From positions 10,677 to 74,676 of the forward strand of contig JBBRQD010000004.1 in the NCBI GenBank assembly GCA_038227045.1: DNA of 64,000 nucleotides, in the 5' to 3' direction. The translations under genes and the position numbers were made by a program. Under the pieces are notes generated by a model. It was not told the origin of the DNA and ran no database searches. It was given only the letters and a program-made list of their open reading frames with translations. The DNA is from Planctomycetota bacterium. Lineage in GTDB: Bacteria; Planctomycetota; SZUA-567; H5-PLA8. Positions 8,322-17,996 of this stretch are shown here, piece by piece; the stretch's first letter is position 1, and each line of letters opens with the position of its first letter.

Positions 8322-8996
8322 ATGAACAAGAAACCAGCCTCAGGCGGCGAAGAAAAACGCAAACGCGGACGCCCCCGGGGAGCTCAGGAAGTCGTATCCG
8401 AACAAGCCGCAGCCTATGGAATATCGCTGCCCGTATTGACCGATACCGGCGAACGTTTTCTTTCTCCAAACGATATTGGAAAAATTCTGAACGTGACGGG
8501 CGAAGCCGTCAAACAATGGATCTATCGCCGTAAATTGCCCGCGGTCAAGCTGGCCAACGGCTACTGGAAAGTAAAGGTGGCGGATTTCGAGGGCTTTTTA
8601 AAAGCTCGAACCGAAGTCGGCCGGCGGCACGTGCTGATCACCGATGGCGGCAATTCCGGTTCCAAGGAAGTGCTTGCGGCGATCGAAGAATTGGGGCACC
8701 AGGCTGTTCTGGCTCACAATTATCCCGACGCCCTGCTGAAGGCTCTGGACCATTTCCCGGCGTTGTTCGTAATCTGCATTTCGCAGAACGACCCGGAATG
8801 CTGGAAATTCGCGGAACGGGTTCGTTCGAACAAATCGTTGCGCAGCTTTCCGATTCTGTTCATCGGCGGCAATTCAATCAGCGACGACGACACGGAACGC
8901 GCGGTCAAATACTACGCTCAGGGCATCTTGGCGCGTCCGTTGAACGTGGAAGTCGTCCGGAAAGAGATTGAGCGGATTTTGCAGCGGACCATGTAA
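8322..8996 (+). CDS. excisionase-type HTH DNA-binding domain fused to a degenerate receiver (pseudo-receiver) domain
   Basis: NDIGKILNVTGEAVKQWIYRRKLPAVKL matches the HTH_17/excisionase family. The C-terminal (beta-alpha)5-like HVLITDGG...ALFVICISQND...PILFIGGN...GILARP lacks the phospho-acceptor Asp. Strong SD (AAGGAG) 8 nt upstream of the ATG. Confidence 0.7.
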   Translation: MNKKPASGGEEKRKRGRPRGAQEVVSEQAAAYGISLPVLTDTGERFLSPNDIGKILNVTGEAVKQWIYRRKLPAVKLANGYWKVKVADFEGFLKARTEVGRRHVLITDGGNSGSKEVLAAIEELGHQAVLAHNYPDALLKALDHFPALFVICISQNDPECWKFAERVRSNKSLRSFPILFIGGNSISDDDTERAVKYYAQGILARPLNVEVVRKEIERILQRTM

Positions 8997-9026
8997 TTTC
9001 GATGAACCGTTTTGCATACTGGCCAT

Positions 9027-9062
9027 AAAAGCGCGAGCGTTAAACGCTCGCGCTTTTTTTCT
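9027..9062. terminator. bidirectional rho-independent terminator
   Basis: aaaa-gcgcgagcg-ttaaa-cgctcgcgc-ttttttt between convergent genes (stops at 8996 + and 9079 -). Confidence 0.8.
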
Positions 9063-9078
9063 TTCAACGCGACGCTTT

Positions 9079-9870
9079 TCATTTCTTTTCGTCTTTGCCG
9101 TCCTTCAAGAATCGTTCCACCAGTTTTTCCAGTAACTCCGGTTTGTTATTGAAAATCGCCCCGTCGGCTTCGAATTCGTTTCCATTGCCCAGTTTGATGC
9201 GCAGTTTTGTTCCTGCGGGGACCGGTTGCTCCTTTTGAGGCCCGAAAGTCCCGAAATTATCCGCGCCTTCATCGAGCTTGGCGATGTAAACAGCCTGGTC
9301 CTGAATTTCCACGCTTAAGTTGGCCAGTTTGCAAACATACTTCAACACGTCGCCTGCCGGCATGTCGGCCACTCTTAAATTGATCGCGGTATTGACGGTC
9401 TGCGCCGGTGTCGAGATGATTAAATTTATTTTTTTCAACGTTTGGAGAAATGCAAAAACGTCCTTGATCGGCGTATCGACAAATTCGCAACTGACTTTAT
9501 GCGCCAGCGCTTCCTCAATGCTCTCCGCCTTTGCGGTGGCTGCGGCGGGCTCCGTCTTTGCGGCGGCAACCTCCGCCATTTTCATGGCCTCTGCAAATCT
9601 TTTTTCCTGGCATAGCCTGAGCACGGTCTCCCTGTCTTTCGCGCCCAGGGTTTTAGTCATGGTCATAATTTTATTTTCGATTATCGCGACAAATTCTCGA
9701 TCTGCTGCGACTGCTGCGACTTTCGCGGCCAAATCTCGTTCGACCGCGGCTTTCGCAGCAGCGACTTTCGCAGCAGCGTTTTCATCGGCGGTTTTCTCCT
9801 CCGCTCGCAACGGCAGTTGCGCGAACCATGACAGGCTTGCGGCCAGGATTATCGTTAGAAATTTTTGCAT
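9079..9870 (-). CDS. secreted protein with Ala-rich coiled-coil and STN-like (secretin/TonB short N-terminal) domain
   Basis: Start taken at the internal ATG 9870: MQKFLTIILAASLSWFAQLPLRA (signal peptide). VSCEFVDTPIKDVFAFLQTLKKINLIISTPAQ...INLRVADMPAGDVLKYVCKLANLSVEIQDQAVYI resembles STN domains. The upstream part of the track ORF overlaps the neighbouring gene. Confidence 0.6.
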   Translation of the reverse strand: MQKFLTIILAASLSWFAQLPLRAEEKTADENAAAKVAAAKAAVERDLAAKVAAVAADREFVAIIENKIMTMTKTLGAKDRETVLRLCQEKRFAEAMKMAEVAAAKTEPAAATAKAESIEEALAHKVSCEFVDTPIKDVFAFLQTLKKINLIISTPAQTVNTAINLRVADMPAGDVLKYVCKLANLSVEIQDQAVYIAKLDEGADNFGTFGPQKEQPVPAGTKLRIKLGNGNEFEADGAIFNNKPELLEKLVERFLKDGKDEKK

Positions 9871-9901
9871 GAACTCTTCTCCTAAAAAAGTGTTTGTGGA
9901 T

Positions 9902-10411
9902 CTATTCGGTTCTTGATTTGCGGTTCGGTTTTGTGACGGCAATGTAACCCGGTTCAGTAATGTCTGACGAGCTGAATCCAGTGAAACGAATCTCGCCCTT
10001 TCCAGTCTTGCGCACAAAAGGTTGAACGGTTTCCGCAGGCGCATGCAATGCATCGGGATCGCTTTCGACGGTCGCTCGAATCGATCCTTTGCCCGTAGTG
10101 CGCGTGTAAAAATGCGTTGCAATCTGGACTTCGGCCGATGCGATGTCCTCACACGGCGACGGACAATCCGTGCGTGCGATCGCGTTTTCGGGTGAGATGG
10201 AATGCGCGTCATGCTTCATTATATGCACGATTAGCAGCGTTGCGGCGACGCCAGCCGCAACGCCGGCGATTGAGAAACCCCACGCGCCGTGCCGCCGCCT
10301 GGATTCCGCGCGAGCCAGACGACGCAGCAGACCGCTTTCGTACTCTTGCCAGTCGATTGGGAACGGATCTTGCCGCCCCAACTCGTTCAACATGTCGTCG
10401 ATGTTCATCAT
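9902..10411 (-). CDS. putative single-pass anti-sigma factor
   Basis: ATG lies 2 nt after the sigma-factor stop (or TTG 10417 overlapping it). One TM helix (WGFSIAGVAAGVAATLLIV). Position immediately downstream of an ECF sigma gene. No recognisable ZAS motif. Confidence 0.55.
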   Translation of the reverse strand: MMNIDDMLNELGRQDPFPIDWQEYESGLLRRLARAESRRRHGAWGFSIAGVAAGVAATLLIVHIMKHDAHSISPENAIARTDCPSPCEDIASAEVQIATHFYTRTTGKGSIRATVESDPDALHAPAETVQPFVRKTGKGEIRFTGFSSSDITEPGYIAVTKPNRKSRTE

Positions 10412-10413
10412 GG

Positions 10414-11007
10414 TCAATCCTTTTCCACCGAGTCGCCATCCAGTTCGGCCCTAAGCAACGCGCGCGCCTCGCTCAAGCGCCACCGCAACGTTCCTTCGGG
10501 CACATCCAATACCAATGCGGCCTCTTTCGTCGAACACCCTTCCACGGCCACAAGCGCAAGCGCTTCGCGGAAGTCGAGCGGCAGCGCCATCATTGCCCGC
10601 CGGGTCAGCTCCAGCAGTTCCTGGCGCTGAACGCGATGTGCCGGATCGTGCGCTGGATCGGGGAGCTTCACCGGCCAGGAGTCCAGCGCTTTGCGTTCGA
10701 CGGTTTTTCGCCGCAGCCAGTCACGGCATAAATTGACGACGATGCGCGTATACCAAACCTGACCCATCGCCGCCTCTTCGTTTGAAGGCGCCCCATGCAT
10801 CGCTTTGACGACGGCCTCCTGGCTCAAATCCAGCGCGGCCTCCCGGTCGCGTGTGATGTGATAGGCCAGACGCGCGGCCTGTTCGCACCACCGGCTCAGC
10901 ACATGCGCACGCGCCTCCTCGTCCGGCTCGCCGCTTCCAAAGGAATGAACGAGTTCGGCATCGAGCCGTTTGGGATTGAGATTCCGCATGATCACGCTGT
11001 TCGCCAT
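10414..11007 (-). CDS. ECF-type RNA polymerase sigma factor
   Basis: Region 2 (DLSQEAVVKAMHG, VWYTRIVVNLCRDWLRRK) and region 4 (LPLDFREALALVAVEGCSTKEAALVLDVPEGTLRWRLSEAR). Start placed at ATG 11007 because the longer ORF runs through the eno terminator. Confidence 0.85.
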   Translation of the reverse strand: MANSVIMRNLNPKRLDAELVHSFGSGEPDEEARAHVLSRWCEQAARLAYHITRDREAALDLSQEAVVKAMHGAPSNEEAAMGQVWYTRIVVNLCRDWLRRKTVERKALDSWPVKLPDPAHDPAHRVQRQELLELTRRAMMALPLDFREALALVAVEGCSTKEAALVLDVPEGTLRWRLSEARALLRAELDGDSVEKD

Positions 11008-11076
11008 GTCTCCTGCCACATGAAAGACGAGATGCCGCGAATTTTGTTGGCGAATATGTGGAAATTCTGAAGAAAT

Positions 11077-11113
11077 AAAAAAACGCGCCACTTGATTTAA
11101 AAAGGGCGCGTTT
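11077..11113 (-). terminator. rho-independent terminator of eno
   Basis: On the minus strand: aaacgcgcc-loop-ggcgcgttt followed by a T-run (plus-strand A-run 11077-83). Confidence 0.65.
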
Positions 11114-11146
11114 CAATGAATTGATTCTTTGGATTCAACCGCGTTT

Positions 11147-12478
<1,332 letters not shown>

Positions 12479-12590
12479 TCAGAATATGAAAAGTTTAACG
12501 AAACAGCGGAGTGTTTCAACGAAAATAAATACAGGGTTGGGGAACTGGAGCCACGGATTTCGGAATGATTTGGAGCCATATACAGGGACT

Positions 12591-12623
12591 TGCAAAAAAG
12601 GAAAAGGGAGGCAAAGCCTCCCC
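12591..12623 (-). terminator. rho-independent terminator after exported paralogue A
   Basis: Minus strand: gggaggc-ttt-gcctccc followed by ttttcctttttt. Confidence 0.7.
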
Positions 12624-12660
12624 ATTTCCTTAATCTTCAGTCCTCGCCCCTTCCCTATTC

Positions 12661-14457
12661 CTAGGGCTTTGGCTTTTTGGTGTTCCGGTCGACCCATTTC
12701 TTGGACACCGGCACCTTGAGGATCGCCTTGGCGTCCTCGCCGTTGAACGAAGCCGACCCCACATTGCGATTGACATCAACAGCGAGATTGAAAAAATTCG
12801 TTTTGCCAAGGAGGGTATCCGTCGATTGCGGCAAGCCCGTCGTGTTGATCGAGAGTGGATTGGTGGTCAGCATACCCGTGAACTTGCGCGGGTTGATCTG
12901 CAAACTCTTCAGCGCAGCGCCCTGGCCAGCCGTTGCGAGGTTCAGGCTGCCGCTGGCTCCAGTCTTTAAGTTTGCCGCGAGAATGGTCTGGCTGAAGTTC
13001 TTTCCGATGCGCACGGTGATGTTGTTCAAGTCGGTGAAACCCGCGGTGTCGTCGATGCCCGTACGCGGCGCGATCAGGAATTTCGTAATCCATGCGTCGC
13101 CTTCATTGCCCGCGATGTCGAACGCGTCGCTGCCGCGAACGTCGTATATCTGGAACGTGCCGCCGAGCAGTTGTCCGATTCTTCCGATGTTGTACTGGAG
13201 CGACCATTTGGTGCCGACATGCTTGGTTTCCAAATCGATCGTGTCACTGGCCACAATCATGTTGCGGATCTGCACGTTCACGGCCACGCGTTTGGTGGTG
13301 CGGTTGACGATATTGACCGCGTCGAGACCCTGCGTCAAATTCGCGCGCGTCAACGAACCGGTGATTGTGCCGTTGACCGAATCGACTTTGGCCTTGAGCA
13401 CCGTTCCATCCGGGAAGACCAGCGGCGCACCCAACTGCGTCCCCACCACTCCGGAATCGTCCATAAAGCCCACGTAAGTGTTGCCGCCAAAAATGAACGC
13501 AAACTGCTGGTTTTTCAGGTTCGTCGTATTCGTGCCGCTCAGATTCATAAATGTTTGAAATTTCAGCGAATCCGCATTGAGTTTGGACGTATCGCCCTTT
13601 ACCGTCAGGGACAAAATCGTCGCATCGGTCGAAGTGATCCGGGTGTCTTCAATGTTGAACGCGAAAACCTGGTTCGGAACCGAATTCGTGCGATCCTTCG
13701 CGATCCGCTTGATCGAATCTGTCGCTTGCGCCGTGAACGTCACCAGCCCCGTTTGAAGTGGACGCCCATAGACCGTGCCGTCAATGGACATGGACAGGCC
13801 GAGTTTATCTTCGAGTGAGTTTCCGGTGCCCACTTGAGCGCCATTCAACGTAACCGTACCGGGAACAATGCTGTATTTGACCGTGCCTTTGCCGCCGATG
13901 GTGTCCACTTTGGCAATGTAGGCCTGCCCAAGCACGCCGTTGTTGAGGTGATCGTGGGCGAAGCGGAACAACTGCGCGCCTGTGGGGAACAACGTCAAAT
14001 GAAACACTGGATTCGCTGTGGGAACCGGAGTGTTGTTGACGTCGGTTTCAGTGCTCCCGGTCACAGCTACGTTGAAAGTCAATTTGGTTTGAACGGTTGC
14101 AAACGACGCGGATCCCATTACGCAACCTGCAGTCGTTATGTTCAGCGTAGATGCAGCGCCCAATAATCCGGCGAGAGTAGGCGCGGAGAAATTATAAGGG
14201 CGCAAACCGCCGGTCGCGGTGACGTAGCGCGTAATGACTGTTCCGAACAGTGCGTCGCCCAAATCGAAATCAGTTGGATTTGGCGCATAAACGGGAGCCA
14301 GAAGCCGAATGGTCGTGCTGCCCACCGCCCGCGGTTCAACCCGGAACGTATTCTTGCCGCCGTCCGCCTGTGTGACGATTGAATAGCTAAAACCGAACAC
14401 GGCCGTAATGACAGCCATCGCCAGCGTTCGCGCGACAAAACGATTTTGTAGTTTCAA
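12661..14457 (-). CDS. exported T/S/G/N-rich protein with putative Ig-like (He_PIG-type) repeats, paralogue A
   Basis: Start set at TTG 14457 behind GAAAGGA. This gives MKLQNRFVARTLAMAVITAVFGFSYSIVTQA (signal peptide). DFDLGDALFGTVITRYVTATGGLRPYNFS is a putative Ig-repeat signature. Paralogous to 14665-16311. Confidence 0.7.
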   Translation of the reverse strand: MKLQNRFVARTLAMAVITAVFGFSYSIVTQADGGKNTFRVEPRAVGSTTIRLLAPVYAPNPTDFDLGDALFGTVITRYVTATGGLRPYNFSAPTLAGLLGAASTLNITTAGCVMGSASFATVQTKLTFNVAVTGSTETDVNNTPVPTANPVFHLTLFPTGAQLFRFAHDHLNNGVLGQAYIAKVDTIGGKGTVKYSIVPGTVTLNGAQVGTGNSLEDKLGLSMSIDGTVYGRPLQTGLVTFTAQATDSIKRIAKDRTNSVPNQVFAFNIEDTRITSTDATILSLTVKGDTSKLNADSLKFQTFMNLSGTNTTNLKNQQFAFIFGGNTYVGFMDDSGVVGTQLGAPLVFPDGTVLKAKVDSVNGTITGSLTRANLTQGLDAVNIVNRTTKRVAVNVQIRNMIVASDTIDLETKHVGTKWSLQYNIGRIGQLLGGTFQIYDVRGSDAFDIAGNEGDAWITKFLIAPRTGIDDTAGFTDLNNITVRIGKNFSQTILAANLKTGASGSLNLATAGQGAALKSLQINPRKFTGMLTTNPLSINTTGLPQSTDTLLGKTNFFNLAVDVNRNVGSASFNGEDAKAILKVPVSKKWVDRNTKKPKP

Positions 14458-14604
14458 GACGACGTTCCTTTCAATACATTGAAAGATATGACAACATCCA
14501 TTGGTGATGAATTCAAGCGTTACGTTTACCCGAAGTGGACTTTTCTCGCAAGAAACTAAACGGCGTTTGGCTGGTAATTGCTGCAATTAAAAATGGATCC
14601 GAAT

Positions 14605-14634
14605 AAAAAAAAGCCCCGGCAGATCGCTGGGGCT
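14605..14634 (-). terminator. rho-independent terminator after exported paralogue B
   Basis: Minus strand: agccccagcgatctgccggggct followed by T8. Confidence 0.7.
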
Positions 14635-14664
14635 TTGAATAACGGTAACGCAATCGGCTTAAAA

Positions 14665-16311
14665 TTACCTGCTGCTCCACCTATTACGATTTGCGAAGAT
14701 GGCCAACGAACTGGTGACACCCGCATTGACCGTCGCACCGTTGCCGAGCGTAATGCCGGTGGCGAAGAATGCCTGCGCTGTACCTGGCGCGCTGGCAAGC
14801 GGAATCGTGGTCAGGGTCTTCGTGAGAACGCCTGTCGTATAGGAACCCTTCCCCTTGACTGTGTCCAGGCTGAATTGGCTAATCACGGGGGTCTTCTTGT
14901 CACCCTTGGCCGTGAGTTTGCCGTTTTTGTTGGTCAACTGTATACTGTTGATGTAGTTCGAGCCGATCGCAATGTCAGCAGCGGTGGCCGAAGCAACAGA
15001 CAACGTAAGCGGGAAACGGCCAATGAACGCGACCTTCCAAGCATCGCCCGTCGCCGCTTTGTCGTCGGCTCCTTGAACCTTCAACAATTGAGCGGAACCG
15101 CCCAAATCGCCTTGAGCGCCACCCTTGTAGGTCAACGTCGTGCCGCCTTTGTTATTTGTCTTAACGGCAAATTGCAGGAATTCAGAACCGATGGACAAAT
15201 CGCCAAAGCGAACTTCAACCGGTAGATTGATCGTCGAACCCGAAATCGCCCCGAGATTGATCGTATCTTTGCTGATCGTAATGGCCGCAAGACCGAACTT
15301 CTTCACGGAAGCTTTGACGGCGGGAACCAAGCCACGCGTCGTTACTGCAGCACCCTTATCGTTGAATATCGCGGTCGGGCCAGTGTAACTTCCGATGCGG
15401 AAGCTGAGGTCCTTGCCGCTCAACGACGAGATGAGTTCCGCACCGAGATTCACGACGCCTTTGTAGGCCACACTGTCTTTACTGGTGCCGAAACCCGTCT
15501 TAACTGTAATTGAGGTTGCCGCAATCACCCCGGCCAAGTTCTTGTTCGACGAAACAGTGAGCGTGAAGCTCTGGCTCGTACCGGTGCCACTGCGACCCGC
15601 AGCCAGCTTGCCATTCGCGTCCGTCGCCGTGACCGAGAACGTAAGCGTGGTCGATGCCACCGGAACGCCGTAGACAACCCCGGTGCTCGACAGCGCCAAA
15701 CCCGTGCCTGCCAAGCCTGATGTGGTAAACTTGATGGATGGCTTGCCATTGATAACCGACAATGGTGTGCTGTACGGCTGGAACTGAACCGCAGATGGGA
15801 TCGAGTCGACCGAGAAGCGGAATTGAGTCGTATTCGTAAACGTCAGGCGGAAGTTTTCCGTCACCGAGTGCGGCACGGTTCCGAACGAATCCTTCACCGT
15901 CACCGCGAAGCGGAACGGACCGGGCAAACTTGAGCCGACTTGAGTTCCAATGGTGGTCAGAACACCATTTGCGAACAACTGCAACTTCAGCGCAGTCAAC
16001 GCGGTGGTTGCTGTTCCTGCGGTACTGAAAGTGTACGGCGCAACGCCGCCCTTTGCCCGAATCAATCGCGTCAGCGCGCTGCCTGCGACCGCATCGCCCA
16101 AATCGCGGTCAGAGCCCGGTCCGGCGAGGAGAGGGTTGGTAAATTGCAACGGAATTTGATTTCCACTTCCTAAAGTACTGCCCAGAGCCCGTGCAGCAAT
16201 TTCGCCGCTCGCTACATCACTGTTGCTCGTGGCCAAGGAGTATGAAAACCCCACCATTGCCAAGAGTACAGCCAGAAGTCCTGTGCGGACCACACTGGTC
16301 GATTTACCCAT
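14665..16311 (-). CDS. exported T/S/G-rich protein with putative Ig-like repeats, paralogue B
   Basis: ATG 16311 lies 9 nt after GGGGAGG. MGKSTSVVRTGLLAVLLAMVGFSYSLA (signal peptide). DRDLGDAVAGSALTRLIRAKGGVAPYTFS. Shares the GFSYS, DLGDA..G..TR...A.GG..PY.FS and GDAW motifs with paralogue A. Confidence 0.7.
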   Translation of the reverse strand: MGKSTSVVRTGLLAVLLAMVGFSYSLATSNSDVASGEIAARALGSTLGSGNQIPLQFTNPLLAGPGSDRDLGDAVAGSALTRLIRAKGGVAPYTFSTAGTATTALTALKLQLFANGVLTTIGTQVGSSLPGPFRFAVTVKDSFGTVPHSVTENFRLTFTNTTQFRFSVDSIPSAVQFQPYSTPLSVINGKPSIKFTTSGLAGTGLALSSTGVVYGVPVASTTLTFSVTATDANGKLAAGRSGTGTSQSFTLTVSSNKNLAGVIAATSITVKTGFGTSKDSVAYKGVVNLGAELISSLSGKDLSFRIGSYTGPTAIFNDKGAAVTTRGLVPAVKASVKKFGLAAITISKDTINLGAISGSTINLPVEVRFGDLSIGSEFLQFAVKTNNKGGTTLTYKGGAQGDLGGSAQLLKVQGADDKAATGDAWKVAFIGRFPLTLSVASATAADIAIGSNYINSIQLTNKNGKLTAKGDKKTPVISQFSLDTVKGKGSYTTGVLTKTLTTIPLASAPGTAQAFFATGITLGNGATVNAGVTSSLAIFANRNRWSSR

Positions 16312-16632
16312 GCTATTTTGCCTCCCCTTTTCCATTTTATCCCTGTGAACGGCACAATTTCGACAAAAAAACTATTCAAATCTCGACAAAAACCGTCCCG
16401 GGCGACACCAGTATAGCCGCGCGGGCGGTACATAAGATACAACGTAGTTCGGCTTTACTCGGTGACAATGTACGCTCGGCTGCAAGTGCGTCAATGGAAT
16501 TTTCTTAAAAAAGTCCAAGAAATTTTTTTTATATTCAAAACCGTGTCCGTTTTGATAGTGCCAAATCTACGGTTCGCCGGTTACTAGATATCGTCAAAAT
16601 TAATTTAGAAATGAATCAATTGCAATCTGCGC

Positions 16633-17775
16633 TTAGAAATTCCCGTCCACAACGGTGAACACCATTTCACGGAAATCGTCTGCGATGTCTTTACCGATTT
16701 CGCGGATTTCACAGCGCACCACGTATGTTCCCGGTTCGACCGGAACCCATGTTCTGTAAGGATCGCCCCACTGCGAGCCGTTGTCTTCCGTGAGCCAATT
16801 GAAATCGGCCAGGTTGATTTTTTTCGTGCCGATGCGGCATTCCGATTTGCCATAACGGCTTGTTGGAAATGCGCTGAAATAAATCTGCGACCCGACCGGC
16901 GCGCCCTTTTCGTTCGATGGACTCGAATCGAAACTCAGCAGCACCGCGTCGGCCACCACGACCGTTTCCGGCAATTCCACATGATCCTCGGCATCTTTGT
17001 GGTCGGATCGGCGGGCCTCGACTTTAAAAATATAGTTTCCCGGCGACGAAAATGTGTAGGTCAGCGTATCGTTCGTGGTCCATTCTTCACCGTCGTCCGG
17101 ATGCTTGATCGGCGCATCGTTGACGAAATAGCGGTATTGATAAAAATCGAGATCGGCTTTCATATTTTGCGCCATTTCGACTTCGAGATTCAAGGTTTCG
17201 CCGGTCACGAAATGTTCGTCGTCGTCGTGAATAATCGCTTTTGCCAGACGCATGATTTTGAGCGGAAGGATGTTCAGCCCCACGCCTTTTATTTGTGACA
17301 GCAGATCCTTCTCCACGCCGCGAACCTGGACTGTAAACGAATGCGGGCCGGGATGTTCCACATCGTAAAACCGCTCGGGATGAGCGCTCCACTCCTGGCC
17401 CTTTTCTTTCAGAACTTCGCCGTTGACCGTCCACTTGTATTCCACGGCGTTGAGCGCTTCCGCTTGAAGCCGCAGCGATTCGCCAACCACAAACGGTTCA
17501 AGCGTTCCATCGTCCTGCTTGTTGCCCTTGTTAAGCAAATCACCGACGAAGCCTGTAACCACGGGCGCATTCTTAGGGATAATGGAATCGCGATTACCCT
17601 TATTGAGTTGATCCGGGCGGGCCGGGCGCGCCGGGTCGTCAGGCGAATTAAAACTTTTCGATGCGCCCAGCGATGCGTCGCCCGCGGCTTGTGGCATAAA
17701 CCACAACCAGACCGCGCCGGCAACTAACAGCAGCAATGCCGCAACGATCCCAATGTAAATCTTCGACTGCTTCAT
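16633..17775 (-). CDS. N-terminally membrane-anchored protein with three PKD/Ig-like beta-sandwich repeats
   Basis: MKQSKIYIGIVAALLLLVAGAVWLW (signal anchor), a Pro-rich linker, then three modules of about 90 aa (GESLRLQAEALNAVEYKWTVNGEVL; GETLNLEVEM..YQYRYFVNDAPI..GNYIFKVEARR; GSQIYFSAF...GTYVVRCEIRE). Confidence 0.7.
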   Translation of the reverse strand: MKQSKIYIGIVAALLLLVAGAVWLWFMPQAAGDASLGASKSFNSPDDPARPARPDQLNKGNRDSIIPKNAPVVTGFVGDLLNKGNKQDDGTLEPFVVGESLRLQAEALNAVEYKWTVNGEVLKEKGQEWSAHPERFYDVEHPGPHSFTVQVRGVEKDLLSQIKGVGLNILPLKIMRLAKAIIHDDDEHFVTGETLNLEVEMAQNMKADLDFYQYRYFVNDAPIKHPDDGEEWTTNDTLTYTFSSPGNYIFKVEARRSDHKDAEDHVELPETVVVADAVLLSFDSSPSNEKGAPVGSQIYFSAFPTSRYGKSECRIGTKKINLADFNWLTEDNGSQWGDPYRTWVPVEPGTYVVRCEIREIGKDIADDFREMVFTVVDGNF

Positions 17776-17916
17776 TACTTTTTATCCTGGCGAGCGTCAA
17801 GGCACGTGCGCCGTTCATTTTATTCCATGCCGCCCATTTTCAAAACACAAAACGGACTTCTCTCTGTGAGCCGTCCGGAGAAATGGTTTACGCGTTACGA
17901 TACATGTTCAGTGCCG

Positions 17917-17996
17917 CCAGAGCCGCGCACGTAAGTAAGCGGCTTATTTTGCACGGAGACACATTCTAAACCGCTTACTTACGTGCGCGGCTCTGG
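17917..17996. repeat. Repeat family D: 26-bp perfect inverted repeat hairpin
   Basis: ccagagccgcgcacgtaagtaagcgg, a 28-nt loop, then ccgcttacttacgtgcgcggctctgg. Overlaps the stop codon of the gene ending at 17979. Second copy at 21828-21890. Confidence 0.85.
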
